From IMG/VR virus record IMGVR_UViG_3300046012_001130, positions 1 to 58,426 of that record: a DNA stretch of 58,426 bases. One strand, given 5' to 3'. The DNA comes from a virus. Taxonomy: Duplodnaviria; Caudoviricetes. Below are positions 37,123 to 46,590 of this stretch, piece after piece. The notes under the pieces are model-generated. The model did no database searches. It was not told where the DNA came from and saw nothing but the letters and a program-made list of their open reading frames with translations. Positions within the stretch are counted from its first letter, which is position 1, and each line of letters starts with the position of its first letter. The position numbers were made by a program, and so were the translations under genes.

Positions 37123-37331
37123 GGGTTTGGTTCCGGCACCGTCAGAAACCTCGTGCGGCGGTCGATGAAACGATCGATGTCATCGGGGTTAAAACGCAGG
37201 CGGCGGTGCTTTTCGCCCCGGCCGATGGCCACGGCCGGCAGATTGCCGTCATCCACATGCTGGCGCAAGCAGCGGACCGATATGCCGAGGCGCTCGGCGG
37301 CCTCCGTCGGCTTGAGCAGGAAGGCGGTCAT
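37008..37331 (-). CDS. xis: Excisionase-like HTH protein
   Basis: LLKPTEAAERLGIS...RFNPDDIDRFI; overlaps the int start. Confidence 0.8.
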   Translation of the reverse strand: MTAFLLKPTEAAERLGISVRCLRQHVDDGNLPAVAIGRGEKHRRLRFNPDDIDRFIDRRTRFLTVPEPNPCPSTSRKSRRTTPTTSNSTVVAFSDLRARKAAATPRK

Positions 37332-37627
37332 GCCGTGGCAGCCCAGGCTTTACGGAAATAGGCCTTGTAGGTCCGCAGGAGCGCGGCGTGGGCCGGCTCG
37401 CCGGCTTGCGCGACGCGGTCGTAGGTGTCGGCCAAATCGTCGGGAAGCGGCCCGCCGCGCACCTCCTGCTCCGCCAGTTCCATTCCGCGGAGGCGCGAGA
37501 TCAATTGGAGGATCGCGAAGGTTTTCGTCTCCGACAGCGCCAGGCGTTCATATTCGGTCGCACGGGCGAGCGAGGCGTCAAGGTTTTCGAATGTTACGTC
37601 GATGCGACGGCGGACGGCTTGCATCAT
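37328..37627 (-). CDS. Hypothetical protein
   Basis: ATGA-coupled in the early-left operon. Confidence 0.6.
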   Translation of the reverse strand: MMQAVRRRIDVTFENLDASLARATEYERLALSETKTFAILQLISRLRGMELAEQEVRGGPLPDDLADTYDRVAQAGEPAHAALLRTYKAYFRKAWAATA

Positions 37628-37968
37628 GACGCGTCCTCAACGGCTTCGCAGATTGGCTTGTTGGCGATTTCGAGCAGCACGTCGGCGTGGCAAACCGAGC
37701 CAAGCGCGCAAAAGCAGGCGAGGTTTTTGCCGCGCAGGCTTATGACCTCATCGGCTCCAAACTCCAGAAGGTGCGCTTGTCGGAAGATCGCATGGCGGAA
37801 AGCGGCAACGCACACCTCCCTCGATCCGTGGGCGCCGACCTTGAAGGGATTACCCCATTTGCTCGGCCGCGCGACATTGACCGCCGGCAGGCCGTTCGTC
37901 GCCAGCGAGAGGGCTTGCAGGCTGAAGCCCTTGCGGCGCGAGAGCTGGAGGCGGACGGGCGCTGTCAT
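37624..37968 (-). CDS. DUF4326-like protein
   Basis: RPSKWGNPF, LRGKNLACFC and CHADVLL motifs. Confidence 0.85.
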   Translation of the reverse strand: MTAPVRLQLSRRKGFSLQALSLATNGLPAVNVARPSKWGNPFKVGAHGSREVCVAAFRHAIFRQAHLLEFGADEVISLRGKNLACFCALGSVCHADVLLEIANKPICEAVEDAS

Positions 37969-39191
37969 GATCGCGCCTGCGGATAGGCATCATGCAGCCC
38001 GCCGTCGAGGAGCCGGCCGGCGGCGCGTTTGCCGACGCGGATCGATGTCGTGCCGTCGCTATGGTGCTCGTATCGATGCGCGCCGATGCCCGCTACGCCG
38101 GCGGCATCGCTGAAATTCAGGGGCGCGCCGGCCTTGCGGCCGTCGACAAGCACTTCGCCAAGGAGCTGCGCCAGCCAGGCGTCCGCGTCGATCCATTCGC
38201 CCCATTGCTTGAACAGGAACGGCACGCCGGCGGCGGCGCATTGATCGCGAATCGACCGGGCCCAATCCGGATGCATTGGCCGCGTCTTGCGGCCTGATTC
38301 GCCGCCGGCGACGATCCAGTCGATCGTGATCCGTTTTGCGCCGACCCATTCCGGGCAGCCGTGCGCATCTCGGGGGCCCTCGTCGCATTGATAAAATGCC
38401 TTCCCTTTTGGGCAGTCGCAGCGAGGTCCTTCGGCATCGCATTCCTGACATCCCCAAAACCTACCGTTTACCTCCGGGTGGTCATGATGGATGTCTGTTT
38501 CCGGCCACGGCAGCCAGGGCTCGAAATCGACGCCGCTCAATAGCGGCTCGGCGCTGACCCAGCGGATCGCCGCGGGCGTCGCCAGCATGTCCGGGACGCG
38601 CAGGTCGGCGGTCTTCTGATCTTCGGCAGAGATACCGAGCCAGACGTTCGGCAGCGGCCATGTCCGGATTTTGATGTCGTCCGGCAGATCGACGTCACCG
38701 ATCGATTCGACGGGCCATTTGTTGTCCGGTGCGACCTTCCGTTCGATCAGCAGATCTACGCACGAGCGGGCGATCCGGCGATCGCGCTCGCCGGTCATGT
38801 AAGCCCGCATCCTCGCGCTGCGCTTCGTCAGCACCTGGAAAATATGCTGCGGGCAGAGCGCCGTGATCGCGAAGATCTTGTCGAGCCATTCGTCCGGAAC
38901 CCATTCGCCGAAGAGATCGGTCATCGAGCAGGGAAAGATCATGCGCGGCTTTTTCCACCGCAGCGGCTGCAATAGCGCTTCCTCGTCGAGATAGATTTCG
39001 ACCTTGGCGCGATCCTGATGCGCGTAGCGGATCGGGTTGCCGAAGCGCGGTTGCAAGCGCTCGGCGTAGCAGTTGCGGCAGCCGTCACTCGCGTGCTCGC
39101 AAAAATGGCCGACCTTACCGGTCTCGCGGTTGCGGGCGCGGATCGGATTCCAGGTCGAATCCGTCCATTCGATTTTTGACCGGTCAGCCAT
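37965..39191 (-). CDS. DUF5131 (phage Gp37/Gp68, radical-SAM-like) protein
   Basis: IEWTDSTWNP, CEHASDGCRNCYA, SMTDLF, LTKR, SAEPLL, GGESG and FKQWG motifs. Confidence 0.9.
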   Translation of the reverse strand: MADRSKIEWTDSTWNPIRARNRETGKVGHFCEHASDGCRNCYAERLQPRFGNPIRYAHQDRAKVEIYLDEEALLQPLRWKKPRMIFPCSMTDLFGEWVPDEWLDKIFAITALCPQHIFQVLTKRSARMRAYMTGERDRRIARSCVDLLIERKVAPDNKWPVESIGDVDLPDDIKIRTWPLPNVWLGISAEDQKTADLRVPDMLATPAAIRWVSAEPLLSGVDFEPWLPWPETDIHHDHPEVNGRFWGCQECDAEGPRCDCPKGKAFYQCDEGPRDAHGCPEWVGAKRITIDWIVAGGESGRKTRPMHPDWARSIRDQCAAAGVPFLFKQWGEWIDADAWLAQLLGEVLVDGRKAGAPLNFSDAAGVAGIGAHRYEHHSDGTTSIRVGKRAAGRLLDGGLHDAYPQARS

Positions 39192-39435
39192 TCGGCGTCT
39201 CCGGCTTGCTAATTGGTACACGCGGCCTTTCATCAAGTGCGACGCCATGGCGGAACTGATCGGCGCGCAGGCCGGCGCGAATCGTATTCATGACGGACCC
39301 GCAAATCACGCGTGCTTCGAGCCGCGTCACTTCGCCTACGGGTTGGAAATCAAGAGTTCGACCGTCCGGCATGGTTATGACGATCTTGACCGGTGCGCCC
39401 TCGTCGTCGACGAGCGTAAAGATGCATTCCATCAT
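39184..39435 (-). CDS. Hypothetical protein, paralog of 39677-39904
   Basis: Shares IVITMPDGR.LD.QP.GEV...EARVICG...QFRHG with the other copy. Confidence 0.7.
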   Translation of the reverse strand: MMECIFTLVDDEGAPVKIVITMPDGRTLDFQPVGEVTRLEARVICGSVMNTIRAGLRADQFRHGVALDERPRVPISKPETPNG

Positions 39436-39680
39436 TATGCCGCCATCCCGAGCTTTTCGAGTTCGGCCTTGGCGCGCGAGGCGCGCATGCCGGTGCTGGC
39501 CGCGAGTTCGTGCAGCCGTTCGATATGTTTGGCGTCGGTGCAGGCCTTGACCAGCGAACAATCGCTCACGGGGACGATGCTGAAGGGCCAGCCGCAGGCG
39601 GCAAGATCGTCACCGTCGACGAAGGCCACCACCCAGGTCTCGCCGGTCGGGCGGTGCAAGACGTGATCGCCGGCTCTCAT
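39435..39680 (-). CDS. Hypothetical protein
   Basis: GDHVLHRPTGETWVVA...CGWP; coupled to both neighbours. Confidence 0.65.
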   Translation of the reverse strand: MRAGDHVLHRPTGETWVVAFVDGDDLAACGWPFSIVPVSDCSLVKACTDAKHIERLHELAASTGMRASRAKAELEKLGMAA

Positions 39681-39904
39681 TGCGCTTCCCTTTCATCGAG
39701 CACTTCGCCGTGGCGGAATTGATAGGCGCGCAGGCCGTCGCGCATGCAGTTCATGATGCCGCCGCAGATCACGCGGGCTTCGTCGCGCGAGACCTCGCCG
39801 GTCGGCTGCAGGTCGAGGCTGCGGCCGTCCGGCATGGTGATGACGATCCTCACCGCTTCCGATTGGCGGTCGACAAGGGTCAAAATGCAGGGACCAAGGG
39901 CCAT
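39677..39904 (-). CDS. Hypothetical protein, paralog of 39184-39435
   Basis: Same shared motif as its paralog. Confidence 0.7.
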   Translation of the reverse strand: MALGPCILTLVDRQSEAVRIVITMPDGRSLDLQPTGEVSRDEARVICGGIMNCMRDGLRAYQFRHGEVLDEREAQ

Positions 39905-39915
39905 CGGCTTCGCCT

Positions 39916-40374
39916 CTAAAACGGAATGTCGTCGTCGATTGGCGGCCCGCGGTCAGCGACCGCGGCTACAGGCTCACGCGTCTGCGTGGTGCCGTAGGAA
40001 TCTTCGGAGGGCGCCGGGGCGCGGTCGGCGCGATCGAGCAACGTGAGCTCGCCACGGAAGGCTGCCAGCACGCATTCAGTGACTTGTTTCTCGACGCCGT
40101 CGCGTCCCTTGTATTTGCGGGTTTTCGATTGGCCGACGACCCAGGCCTTGGAGCCTTTTTTCAGATATTGTTCGGCGACGCCGGCGAGCGTTTCGTCGAA
40201 GATGACGACGCGATGCCATTCGGTGCGCTCCTTGCGCTCGCCCGTCGCCTTGTCGCGCCAGCTTTCCGATGTCGCCAGCGAGAACGAGACGATCTTCTTG
40301 CCGTCGGCGGTTTTATGAACATCAGGATTCTGGCCGAGATGGCCGATCAGCATGAGTTTGTTGAGACCGCTCAT
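39916..40374 (-). CDS. ssb: Single-stranded DNA-binding protein
   Basis: NKLMLIGHLG, TEWHRVV and C-terminal DDDIPF. Confidence 0.95.
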   Translation of the reverse strand: MSGLNKLMLIGHLGQNPDVHKTADGKKIVSFSLATSESWRDKATGERKERTEWHRVVIFDETLAGVAEQYLKKGSKAWVVGQSKTRKYKGRDGVEKQVTECVLAAFRGELTLLDRADRAPAPSEDSYGTTQTREPVAAVADRGPPIDDDIPF

Positions 40375-40571
40375 GCCGGCGCTTTCGGATCGAGCATGGC
40401 GCCGAGGCCGCCGATCAGTTTCGTCGCCGACAACAGGATCGATTCAAGTTCCGTGTTTCTCGCCTCGGCGGTGCGGGCGCGCTCGAGCAGCGCGTTGTTG
40501 CTGGCGAGAAGGTCGTCGATTCGTCGGCGGAGCCGCGCCATTTCGTATATCTGGGCATCGTCGCGGGTCAT
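40371..40571 (-). CDS. Small coiled-coil protein
   Basis: ATGA overlaps on both sides. Confidence 0.55.
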   Translation of the reverse strand: MTRDDAQIYEMARLRRRIDDLLASNNALLERARTAEARNTELESILLSATKLIGGLGAMLDPKAPA

Positions 40572-41119
40572 GCGTGCCCCATCGGGGGCCTGTGGATTGG
40601 ATCGGTCTCGAGTTTGCGGAAATGCGCTGTCATTGCGAGAATGCGCTGCCAGACGGTTTCGAGATCGGCCTGATCGTCGGCGCGGCTTAGGACTTCGGCC
40701 ATTATCTGGACCAGCGCCTCGACGGCGGCCTCGGATTCCTCCTGGCCAACAGGGCCGCCGCGGTCGATTGCGGCATCGCCATAAAGTGCGCGAGCGACAC
40801 GGCAGGTGATGCATGTGCAAGGAACCGCGGGTGCCTCGCCGCCGGCCTTGGCATCCTTGCCGCGCCGGCGCTCGAAGATTGTCGAGACCGTTTGATGGGC
40901 GAATGCCTCGGCGGCGGAATCCTCGGGAGTCTTTCCGCTAACGGCCCCGAAGGCGCCGGCGGCCTTGAAGATGCACGTGAGCGCGGCGGTAAAAACGACG
41001 GCGAGATAATCCTCGGTGCTGCGCCCGAGCTGCGAGACAGAGTCCACTGCCTTCGAAACGCGCTCCTCGACGAGACGCGATAGGTCGATCATCACGTGGT
41101 CGGCGAGTTTTTCGCTCAT
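40568..41119 (-). CDS. Hypothetical protein
   Basis: Coupled ORF; contains CTCITC. Confidence 0.55.
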   Translation of the reverse strand: MSEKLADHVMIDLSRLVEERVSKAVDSVSQLGRSTEDYLAVVFTAALTCIFKAAGAFGAVSGKTPEDSAAEAFAHQTVSTIFERRRGKDAKAGGEAPAVPCTCITCRVARALYGDAAIDRGGPVGQEESEAAVEALVQIMAEVLSRADDQADLETVWQRILAMTAHFRKLETDPIHRPPMGHA

Positions 41120-43011
41120 TCCGCGGCCTCGCTGGCGGCGAGAATTGCTTCGTCGGCCTCGATTGCATCGAGCATGGCCTCGGCGAGCGTTGGGCCGGGG
41201 GCCGCTGCGACAGGGGCCTCGGGGCCGGCCGGCAGATCAGCCCAGCGAGCGAAGGGCTGTGGCAGCCATTGGCGATCGCGGGCGAGCGTCGCGGCCGCCT
41301 CGGCCGCTGCTTCGCGCTTCAGCTTCTTTGCGGCGATGCCGGCGGCCTGGCCGTCCATCGCCTCGATGGCGGCCACGGAGGCCGCCTTGGCGGCAAGGCC
41401 AAAATAAAGGCTTGGGTCGAAGTGCTGGAGCAGATCGGCGCCGAGCGCACCGGCGCGGGCCTGGATCCCGGCAGCGAGCGGATCGATCTCGCTCATCGAT
41501 GTCGCGCCGGCCGGATAGATCGAGGCGGCGATCAATTCTCCGAAGGCCGCAACGAGATCGACGAGCGGCACCGCGCCTGTGATCGCCAGGGCGGTCTTGA
41601 ACCGGTAAGGGCGCATCGAAAAAAGGCGCGCGAGCAATTCGTTGCTTGTGCCGGAAAGATCGGTCTGCGTGGAATCGAGGAGCACGAAGCCGCGGGAATC
41701 ATAGTCCCTCTTGACGAGCGCGGCGATCGCGATCGCCAGTGCGATGTCAGGACGCGCCATGATGGCGCTGCGGAAGGCCTTGGTGGCGACCTCGTCGAGC
41801 ATCTGGCGGAGGTTTTTGCCGGGCTCTTCGGGGGCCTCCGGCTCCGCCTTCGGCGTTTTGCCAGAGCTGGTTGGGGCGCTGACGCGGTCCCCGATATCGC
41901 CCGCAGGCTCGCGCGAAACGAAGGCCGCCTTGCGTTGCAGGCCGCGCTCGATCGAGAGGCGGCCGTCCTGGATGGTGGCGCAGATGCCGAGGATGGCGCG
42001 CGCCGTCTGCGGTATGGCCCGCAAGATTGCTTTGGCCTCGATTACATCCAGCCGCGCGTCGATCGCGGCGGCGCGTGCGTCATCATCGTTGTCTTCCGCT
42101 TCGGCGCGGAGGGTGGCGCGCTCGCTGTCCTCGTCTTCGAGATAATCCGGTTCGAATTGCGATTGTTGATAATCGCGCCGCTCGGCCTGCGGCACGACAA
42201 AGCCCCAGCCTTCCTCGAAAGCCGCATCGCCAGCTTCACGCGCTAGCTTTTCGAGTGCGAGCTTTTTGGCAAGCGTGCCGTCGAGCCAGACGATCTCTTC
42301 GGCAAAGAGCGAATCCTCGATACGACCACCGGCGGCGAGATAATCGGCATCGCCGACGTAGAGCGCCTCGTCGTCATTCGCCGCGATCCAATCGGCGATC
42401 AGCGCCTTGCGTACTGAATAGTCTGCGTTTTGGAGGTTCCTGGCCTTCAGCGAGTCAAACACGGCGATCTGCGCTTCGTGCGTCTCGCCGGTCGCATAGG
42501 CTTCGGCCGCTTCGGCGTCGATGACGCCGGCGCGCCAGGCTGCGCGCAGCGCCGGCGCCAGGCGCGCGAGTTTGAGGGCGCGACGGACGCGTCTCGGTGT
42601 GGTGCCGAAGGCGGTGGCGATCGCCGCAATATCGCGGCCCGATGCCTCGAGATCCGCGAAGGCCTCATATTCGGCGACGGGATGCAAATCGGCCCGCATG
42701 ACATTCAGCGCCAGCGCCGTCTCGCGCATGACGTCCTCGGCGCCGTCGGCGCAGATCTCGATCGGCACGCGGCGGCTGCCATCGGGAGAGAGCTGCCGCA
42801 GCGCCAGGTAACGGCGGCGACCGTCGAGCACGCGATAACCCTCGCCGGTCATCTCCTCGCAGAGCAGCGGCTGCAGCAGGCCGGAAGCCCCGATCGAGGC
42901 GGCGAGCGCGTCGATGCCGTCATCGGCCGGCTCGCCGAAGCGCGGATTATAAGGCGAGATGCCCTCGATGGCGGAGAGCGCGACGGTGGCGCGGACCGGA
43001 TTCAGCATCAT
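41116..43011 (-). CDS. ParB/Srx-family protein with HTH
   Basis: NPR, LAASI...GLLQPL, DGRRRY and HPVAEYEAF motifs followed by an HTH. Confidence 0.85.
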   Translation of the reverse strand: MMLNPVRATVALSAIEGISPYNPRFGEPADDGIDALAASIGASGLLQPLLCEEMTGEGYRVLDGRRRYLALRQLSPDGSRRVPIEICADGAEDVMRETALALNVMRADLHPVAEYEAFADLEASGRDIAAIATAFGTTPRRVRRALKLARLAPALRAAWRAGVIDAEAAEAYATGETHEAQIAVFDSLKARNLQNADYSVRKALIADWIAANDDEALYVGDADYLAAGGRIEDSLFAEEIVWLDGTLAKKLALEKLAREAGDAAFEEGWGFVVPQAERRDYQQSQFEPDYLEDEDSERATLRAEAEDNDDDARAAAIDARLDVIEAKAILRAIPQTARAILGICATIQDGRLSIERGLQRKAAFVSREPAGDIGDRVSAPTSSGKTPKAEPEAPEEPGKNLRQMLDEVATKAFRSAIMARPDIALAIAIAALVKRDYDSRGFVLLDSTQTDLSGTSNELLARLFSMRPYRFKTALAITGAVPLVDLVAAFGELIAASIYPAGATSMSEIDPLAAGIQARAGALGADLLQHFDPSLYFGLAAKAASVAAIEAMDGQAAGIAAKKLKREAAAEAAATLARDRQWLPQPFARWADLPAGPEAPVAAAPGPTLAEAMLDAIEADEAILAASEAAE

Positions 43012-43250
43012 AAAAGCCAGCCTTTCGCGGCGGAGGGAAGTTCACCTGGTTGCTCTCGCCTAAGCGGGGCATAGCTTTCGTCGTCGGCCGCCCGCTCGAA
43101 TTCGGCGAGATCCACGGTGCGGTTCGGCCGGCCTCGCGCCACGGCGCCCACAGCCAGGCCGAGCGCGAAGCCGAACAGGCCGGCGAGAAGCATCGAGCCG
43201 AAGACGCCGGCGGAGGTGGCGACGAGCGGCGCGCTGTCGGGGTGAATCAT
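43008..43250 (-). CDS. Small membrane protein
   Basis: One TM segment; ATGA coupling. Confidence 0.5.
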   Translation of the reverse strand: MIHPDSAPLVATSAGVFGSMLLAGLFGFALGLAVGAVARGRPNRTVDLAEFERAADDESYAPLRREQPGELPSAAKGWLL

Positions 43251-43507
43251 GCCGCCGCCTCGAGGTTGAGGCCGTAGGAGCGGCCGATCATGACGATCGC
43301 GGCGTGCAGCGAGGCTTCCTCCTGCCAGAGGGCGATCTCGGCGGCGCTGAAGCCGGCCGCCGACAGCAGGCGCTCAGTGTTCTCGTAAGGCGGCGCGGCG
43401 AGGATCGCCCGCGTCATCGAGGCGGCGACCGGCTCGGCCAAATCGTTGCTGTGAGACGTGCGGCCTGTCATCGGGACGCGGTCACGCGGCGAATGCCTGG
43501 AAGACAT
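43247..43507 (-). CDS. Hypothetical protein
   Basis: Early-left operon; ends in EAAA; start may be 43471. Confidence 0.5.
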   Translation of the reverse strand: MSSRHSPRDRVPMTGRTSHSNDLAEPVAASMTRAILAAPPYENTERLLSAAGFSAAEIALWQEEASLHAAIVMIGRSYGLNLEAAA

Positions 43508-43820
43508 CGGCCGCGGCGCCGATGCGGGCCAGGGCGCGGCGCGGTTCGAGGGCTTGCGCGGCCGCGGCGCGCTCGGCGCGATAGGAGGCCATTAGCGCCT
43601 CGATCTTCGCGGCCTCGGCGGCGGCGCCAGCGCCGAAGGCGAGGACTTCGTGGGGAAGAAAGCCTGAATCGGCGAGCGTCTGCGCCGCCGACCGGGCGCC
43701 GCGATGCAGCAGCACGCCGACCATGTCGGCGGCGATGCGGGTCGCGCCGGCGTTTTCAGGCGCGGTGCGGGGGATGATGATGGCGCGGGCGGAAGCGTTG
43801 GCGCGAGACGGTGTGTCCAT
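43482..43820 (-). CDS. Hypothetical protein, first gene of the early-left operon
   Basis: GGGAGG RBS before ATG 43820. Confidence 0.6.
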   Translation of the reverse strand: MDTPSRANASARAIIIPRTAPENAGATRIAADMVGVLLHRGARSAAQTLADSGFLPHEVLAFGAGAAAEAAKIEALMASYRAERAAAAQALEPRRALARIGAAADVFQAFAA

Positions 43821-43850
43821 AAGTGAAACGCCTCCCCTGACGCGGCGGCT

Positions 43851-43930
43851 TGTTGCATAATGCACCAAATCCGTCGCTTTATTCGCTTAGATGCAATAAA
43901 CTAAGCGCAGCAGCGCAATAAAGTCAATGC
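43851..43930 (-). promoter_or_regulatory. PL-like promoter/operator
   Basis: Minus strand reads TTGACT-N18-TAGTTT; the TGCATTATGCAACA box is shared with the cro start region. Confidence 0.55.
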
Positions 43931-44026
43931 GCAACGCAACGATACCGGGGCGCTCTGCGCCAGTCAGGATTGACCGTTTGGCGTGTGGGGAGTGCGATGG
44001 AGGGGGCTCAGTTGGCGGGGGAGGCG

Positions 44027-44533
44027 ATGAAACGCTCGAGGGCGATTTACTCGATTGCAGCGGCATGCGCGCTTTCGGGATGCGCTGCGGCGCCTTACAC
44101 GCTGACGGAAGCCTTTTCCGCAGCCGACTTTGCGCCCTATGCCGGGGCGGGACCGGCCACACTCTCGGGGCAGGCGTTCTTAACGACGCAGACTGACGAA
44201 GTGAAGACCTGTGCCGGCAACAAGGTGTTGCTGGTCCCCAGCACTGCCTATGACGAGGAAGCCATCTCGCACTCCGACGGATTGGCGTTGGATAGCCTGA
44301 GTCCGGGGGCGAAGGCGTTCATCCGGACGGGTATCTGCGACGCCGGAGGCAATTTCTCGTTCGCATTCATCCCGACCGGAAGGTGGTACGTCCTCACCCA
44401 GGTCGCCTGGGTGGCTCCGGTGAATCAGTACGTGGGGTTAAATCAGGGCGGCCGGATGGTGGAGGAGGTGACGGTCGGTTCGGGACAGAACCGCGTCATT
44501 CTTGCCGGAGATGCCCTCAACCGAAAGGTGTAG
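44027..44533 (+). CDS. Lipoprotein (moron; superinfection-exclusion candidate)
   Basis: LSG-C lipobox; GGAGG RBS; sits in the immunity region. Confidence 0.75.
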   Translation: MKRSRAIYSIAAACALSGCAAAPYTLTEAFSAADFAPYAGAGPATLSGQAFLTTQTDEVKTCAGNKVLLVPSTAYDEEAISHSDGLALDSLSPGAKAFIRTGICDAGGNFSFAFIPTGRWYVLTQVAWVAPVNQYVGLNQGGRMVEEVTVGSGQNRVILAGDALNRKV

Positions 44534-44542
44534 GCGCCCTTG

Positions 44543-45232
44543 TCAGTCCCTACGGCGTCGCAAGCTCATCGTGACGATGCCCATGATCGTCACCGAATCG
44601 TCGAGTAGAATGGGCGCCCCTAATGCCGGGTCGAGCGTTCGCGCTATGAGGAACGGCGGCGCGTACTTGCGAATCAGCGTCTCCTCGCCCCCTCGATTGT
44701 CTGGACGGTTGAATACCACGATGTCGTCTTTGCGAGGCGCTCGCAGCCTCATGTCGCAACGAACAATATCCCCAGGAATATAGCCGTCGAGTTCGAGCGC
44801 CCGCGTCGTCAAAACGCGGTCGAAGACGTTCAGGTCGTCTTCTTTCGCTGGCCACTGCGCTGCGTTTTGTAGCGGCGCGACTTCCGGCTCCCGCAGTGCA
44901 CCAGGGCCGGAAGCCGTCGCTGACGGAACAGACCATCCCTGTTCCGAAGCGATCGGATTCTCAACCCCGAATGCCTGAGCAATCTTCTGTAAAGATCCGA
45001 GATCGGGCGCCGCCGTGCCATCCGCCCTTAGCCACCGATACACGGTGGACGGATTGATTTTGGCGCGGCGAGCAATCCCCGTGACTTTGAGGCCATTCGC
45101 GCGCATCAGTCCATTAACGAAGGTTTGCACACGTTCGCGGGTGCTATCGCGTTGAGAGGACACTGATTTTGCCACGTGCGCCGTCACTCGGAGGGCGGTC
45201 CGCGACCGCTGATCGGCGCTAATCTGCAACAA
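44543..45232 (-). CDS. CI-like repressor (HTH plus degenerate S24-like domain)
   Basis: IARRAKINPSTVYRW HTH; C-terminal PGDIV...IMGIV; divergent from cro; start uncertain. Confidence 0.8.
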   Translation of the reverse strand: MLQISADQRSRTALRVTAHVAKSVSSQRDSTRERVQTFVNGLMRANGLKVTGIARRAKINPSTVYRWLRADGTAAPDLGSLQKIAQAFGVENPIASEQGWSVPSATASGPGALREPEVAPLQNAAQWPAKEDDLNVFDRVLTTRALELDGYIPGDIVRCDMRLRAPRKDDIVVFNRPDNRGGEETLIRKYAPPFLIARTLDPALGAPILLDDSVTIMGIVTMSLRRRRD

Positions 45233-45264
45233 GACGCAGCACTCTCACGGCCGCAACTGGGCCA

Positions 45265-45308
45265 TTGACACCGGAAAGAATGCACCTAATCCTTTGCGTT
45301 ATGCAACA
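45265..45308 (+). promoter_or_regulatory. PR-like promoter/operator
   Basis: TTGACA at 45265, TAATCC near 45287; TGCGTTATGCAACA overlaps the cro ATG. Confidence 0.55.
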
Positions 45309-45534
45309 TCTGATTCGCATCAACGCCATTGAGGCCAGGGCGCACGAGCTCAAAACGACCTTGTCGGGCCTCTGCCGGCGGGCAGGCGTCGTGCCATCGA
45401 CAGTGCTGCGCTGGCGAAGCGGCGCGGTCGACCCCGGCATTCTGCTTTTTGAAGAGGTGGCCGGAAGGCTCGAGGCCGAACTCGACAAGGTCCGCAAGGA
45501 ACTGGCCGAAGCCATCAAGGAGAGCGCGGCGTGA
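45301..45534 (+). CDS. Cro-like HTH protein
   Basis: LCRRAGVVPSTVLRWRSG...P. Confidence 0.8.
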   Translation: MQHLIRINAIEARAHELKTTLSGLCRRAGVVPSTVLRWRSGAVDPGILLFEEVAGRLEAELDKVRKELAEAIKESAA

Positions 45535-45608
45535 GCGAGGAAGCGCTCGATATATTGATGGCCGCAGGCGGCCGACTCTATTCGCGGGGCGGCGACGCGG
45601 CAGATGGG

Positions 45609-46100
45609 TCACCGTTCGTCGTCGGGCAAATGAAATGGCGATTGGGGCGTGTCGAAATCGAGCTCCGATTTGCACGCCAGGCATATCGCGCTCGCCATCC
45701 CGAAGGGCCGGTCGCGGACCTGCAATATCGATTTACGATCCTGCTCAAAGCACTGTGCGCAGAGGGCATGAAACGGGTCGGCGCCCTGCGCCGCTGGCTT
45801 AATCGCCCAGACGTAGATGCCGGCCGCAAAGCGATACAATTCGTAGCGCTGCTTCTCGACCGCCCATCGGCCGCGCTGTTCGAGTTCCTCGCGCATCACG
45901 CGGTTCGACTCTGCCATCGCGAGATACTCCTGGTGAATCGTCGCTACGCCGCTCGAAACCCTGAATTGAACCTCCCGGAGATTATCGACCTCGGCCCTGA
46001 TGGCTTTGGTGTCGCGAAGCCCGGCGATGGTCTTCAGGATGTCGCCGCCGGTTTTCAGCGACGTCAGGATTTCGGCGATCGTGGCTGCAATCTCGAACAT
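45609..46100 (-). CDS. Coiled-coil plus Zn-ribbon protein, antisense to the early-right operon
   Basis: GGGAG RBS; YEL...CAQCFEQDRKSILQ...CLAC. Confidence 0.7.
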   Translation of the reverse strand: MFEIAATIAEILTSLKTGGDILKTIAGLRDTKAIRAEVDNLREVQFRVSSGVATIHQEYLAMAESNRVMREELEQRGRWAVEKQRYELYRFAAGIYVWAIKPAAQGADPFHALCAQCFEQDRKSILQVRDRPFGMASAICLACKSELDFDTPQSPFHLPDDER

Positions 46101-46278
46101 CGAAGCGCTCCCCATCAGGGAAGTGATCCTAAGGGCGGCGAGGGCGGCGCGCCAATCCGGCGACGCTGAAGGTTCCCGCCGGCGTTTCCTCCCGCCGGCG
46201 GCGTGTGCGTCCGCGTTGCGTTCAAGCGTTCGTTTCAGTTTTCGACACTCTGCGTTTTCAGCACATTGGGGATGGGGC

Positions 46279-46590
46279 ATGGCGGAGCTTTGCGAGGACG
46301 ATCGGCTGATACTTGCCTTGCGCGAGATCGGCACGACCGAACGGCAGATCGCGGCGCGGCTTGAAATGCCGTTCGATCGGCTTCGCAGCCGGCTGGCATT
46401 CCTGCGGTCAAAGGGCCAGTTCGATGCGTCGCCGCTCGAAGGGCGCGAGGCAACGCTGCACAGGTTGAACGCGGCGCGACGCCTCATCGCCGACGTGCTT
46501 GGCCAGCGCAATGGCGGCATCGTCGTGCGCTTCGTCAATGACGCGCCGGTGTCGCTGCCGCGGCTGAAATGTCTCGAAGGTGCGGCATGA
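46279..46590 (+). CDS. HTH-like protein
   Basis: TERQIAARLEM; C-terminal VSLPRLKCLEGAA. Confidence 0.55.
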   Translation: MAELCEDDRLILALREIGTTERQIAARLEMPFDRLRSRLAFLRSKGQFDASPLEGREATLHRLNAARRLIADVLGQRNGGIVVRFVNDAPVSLPRLKCLEGAA

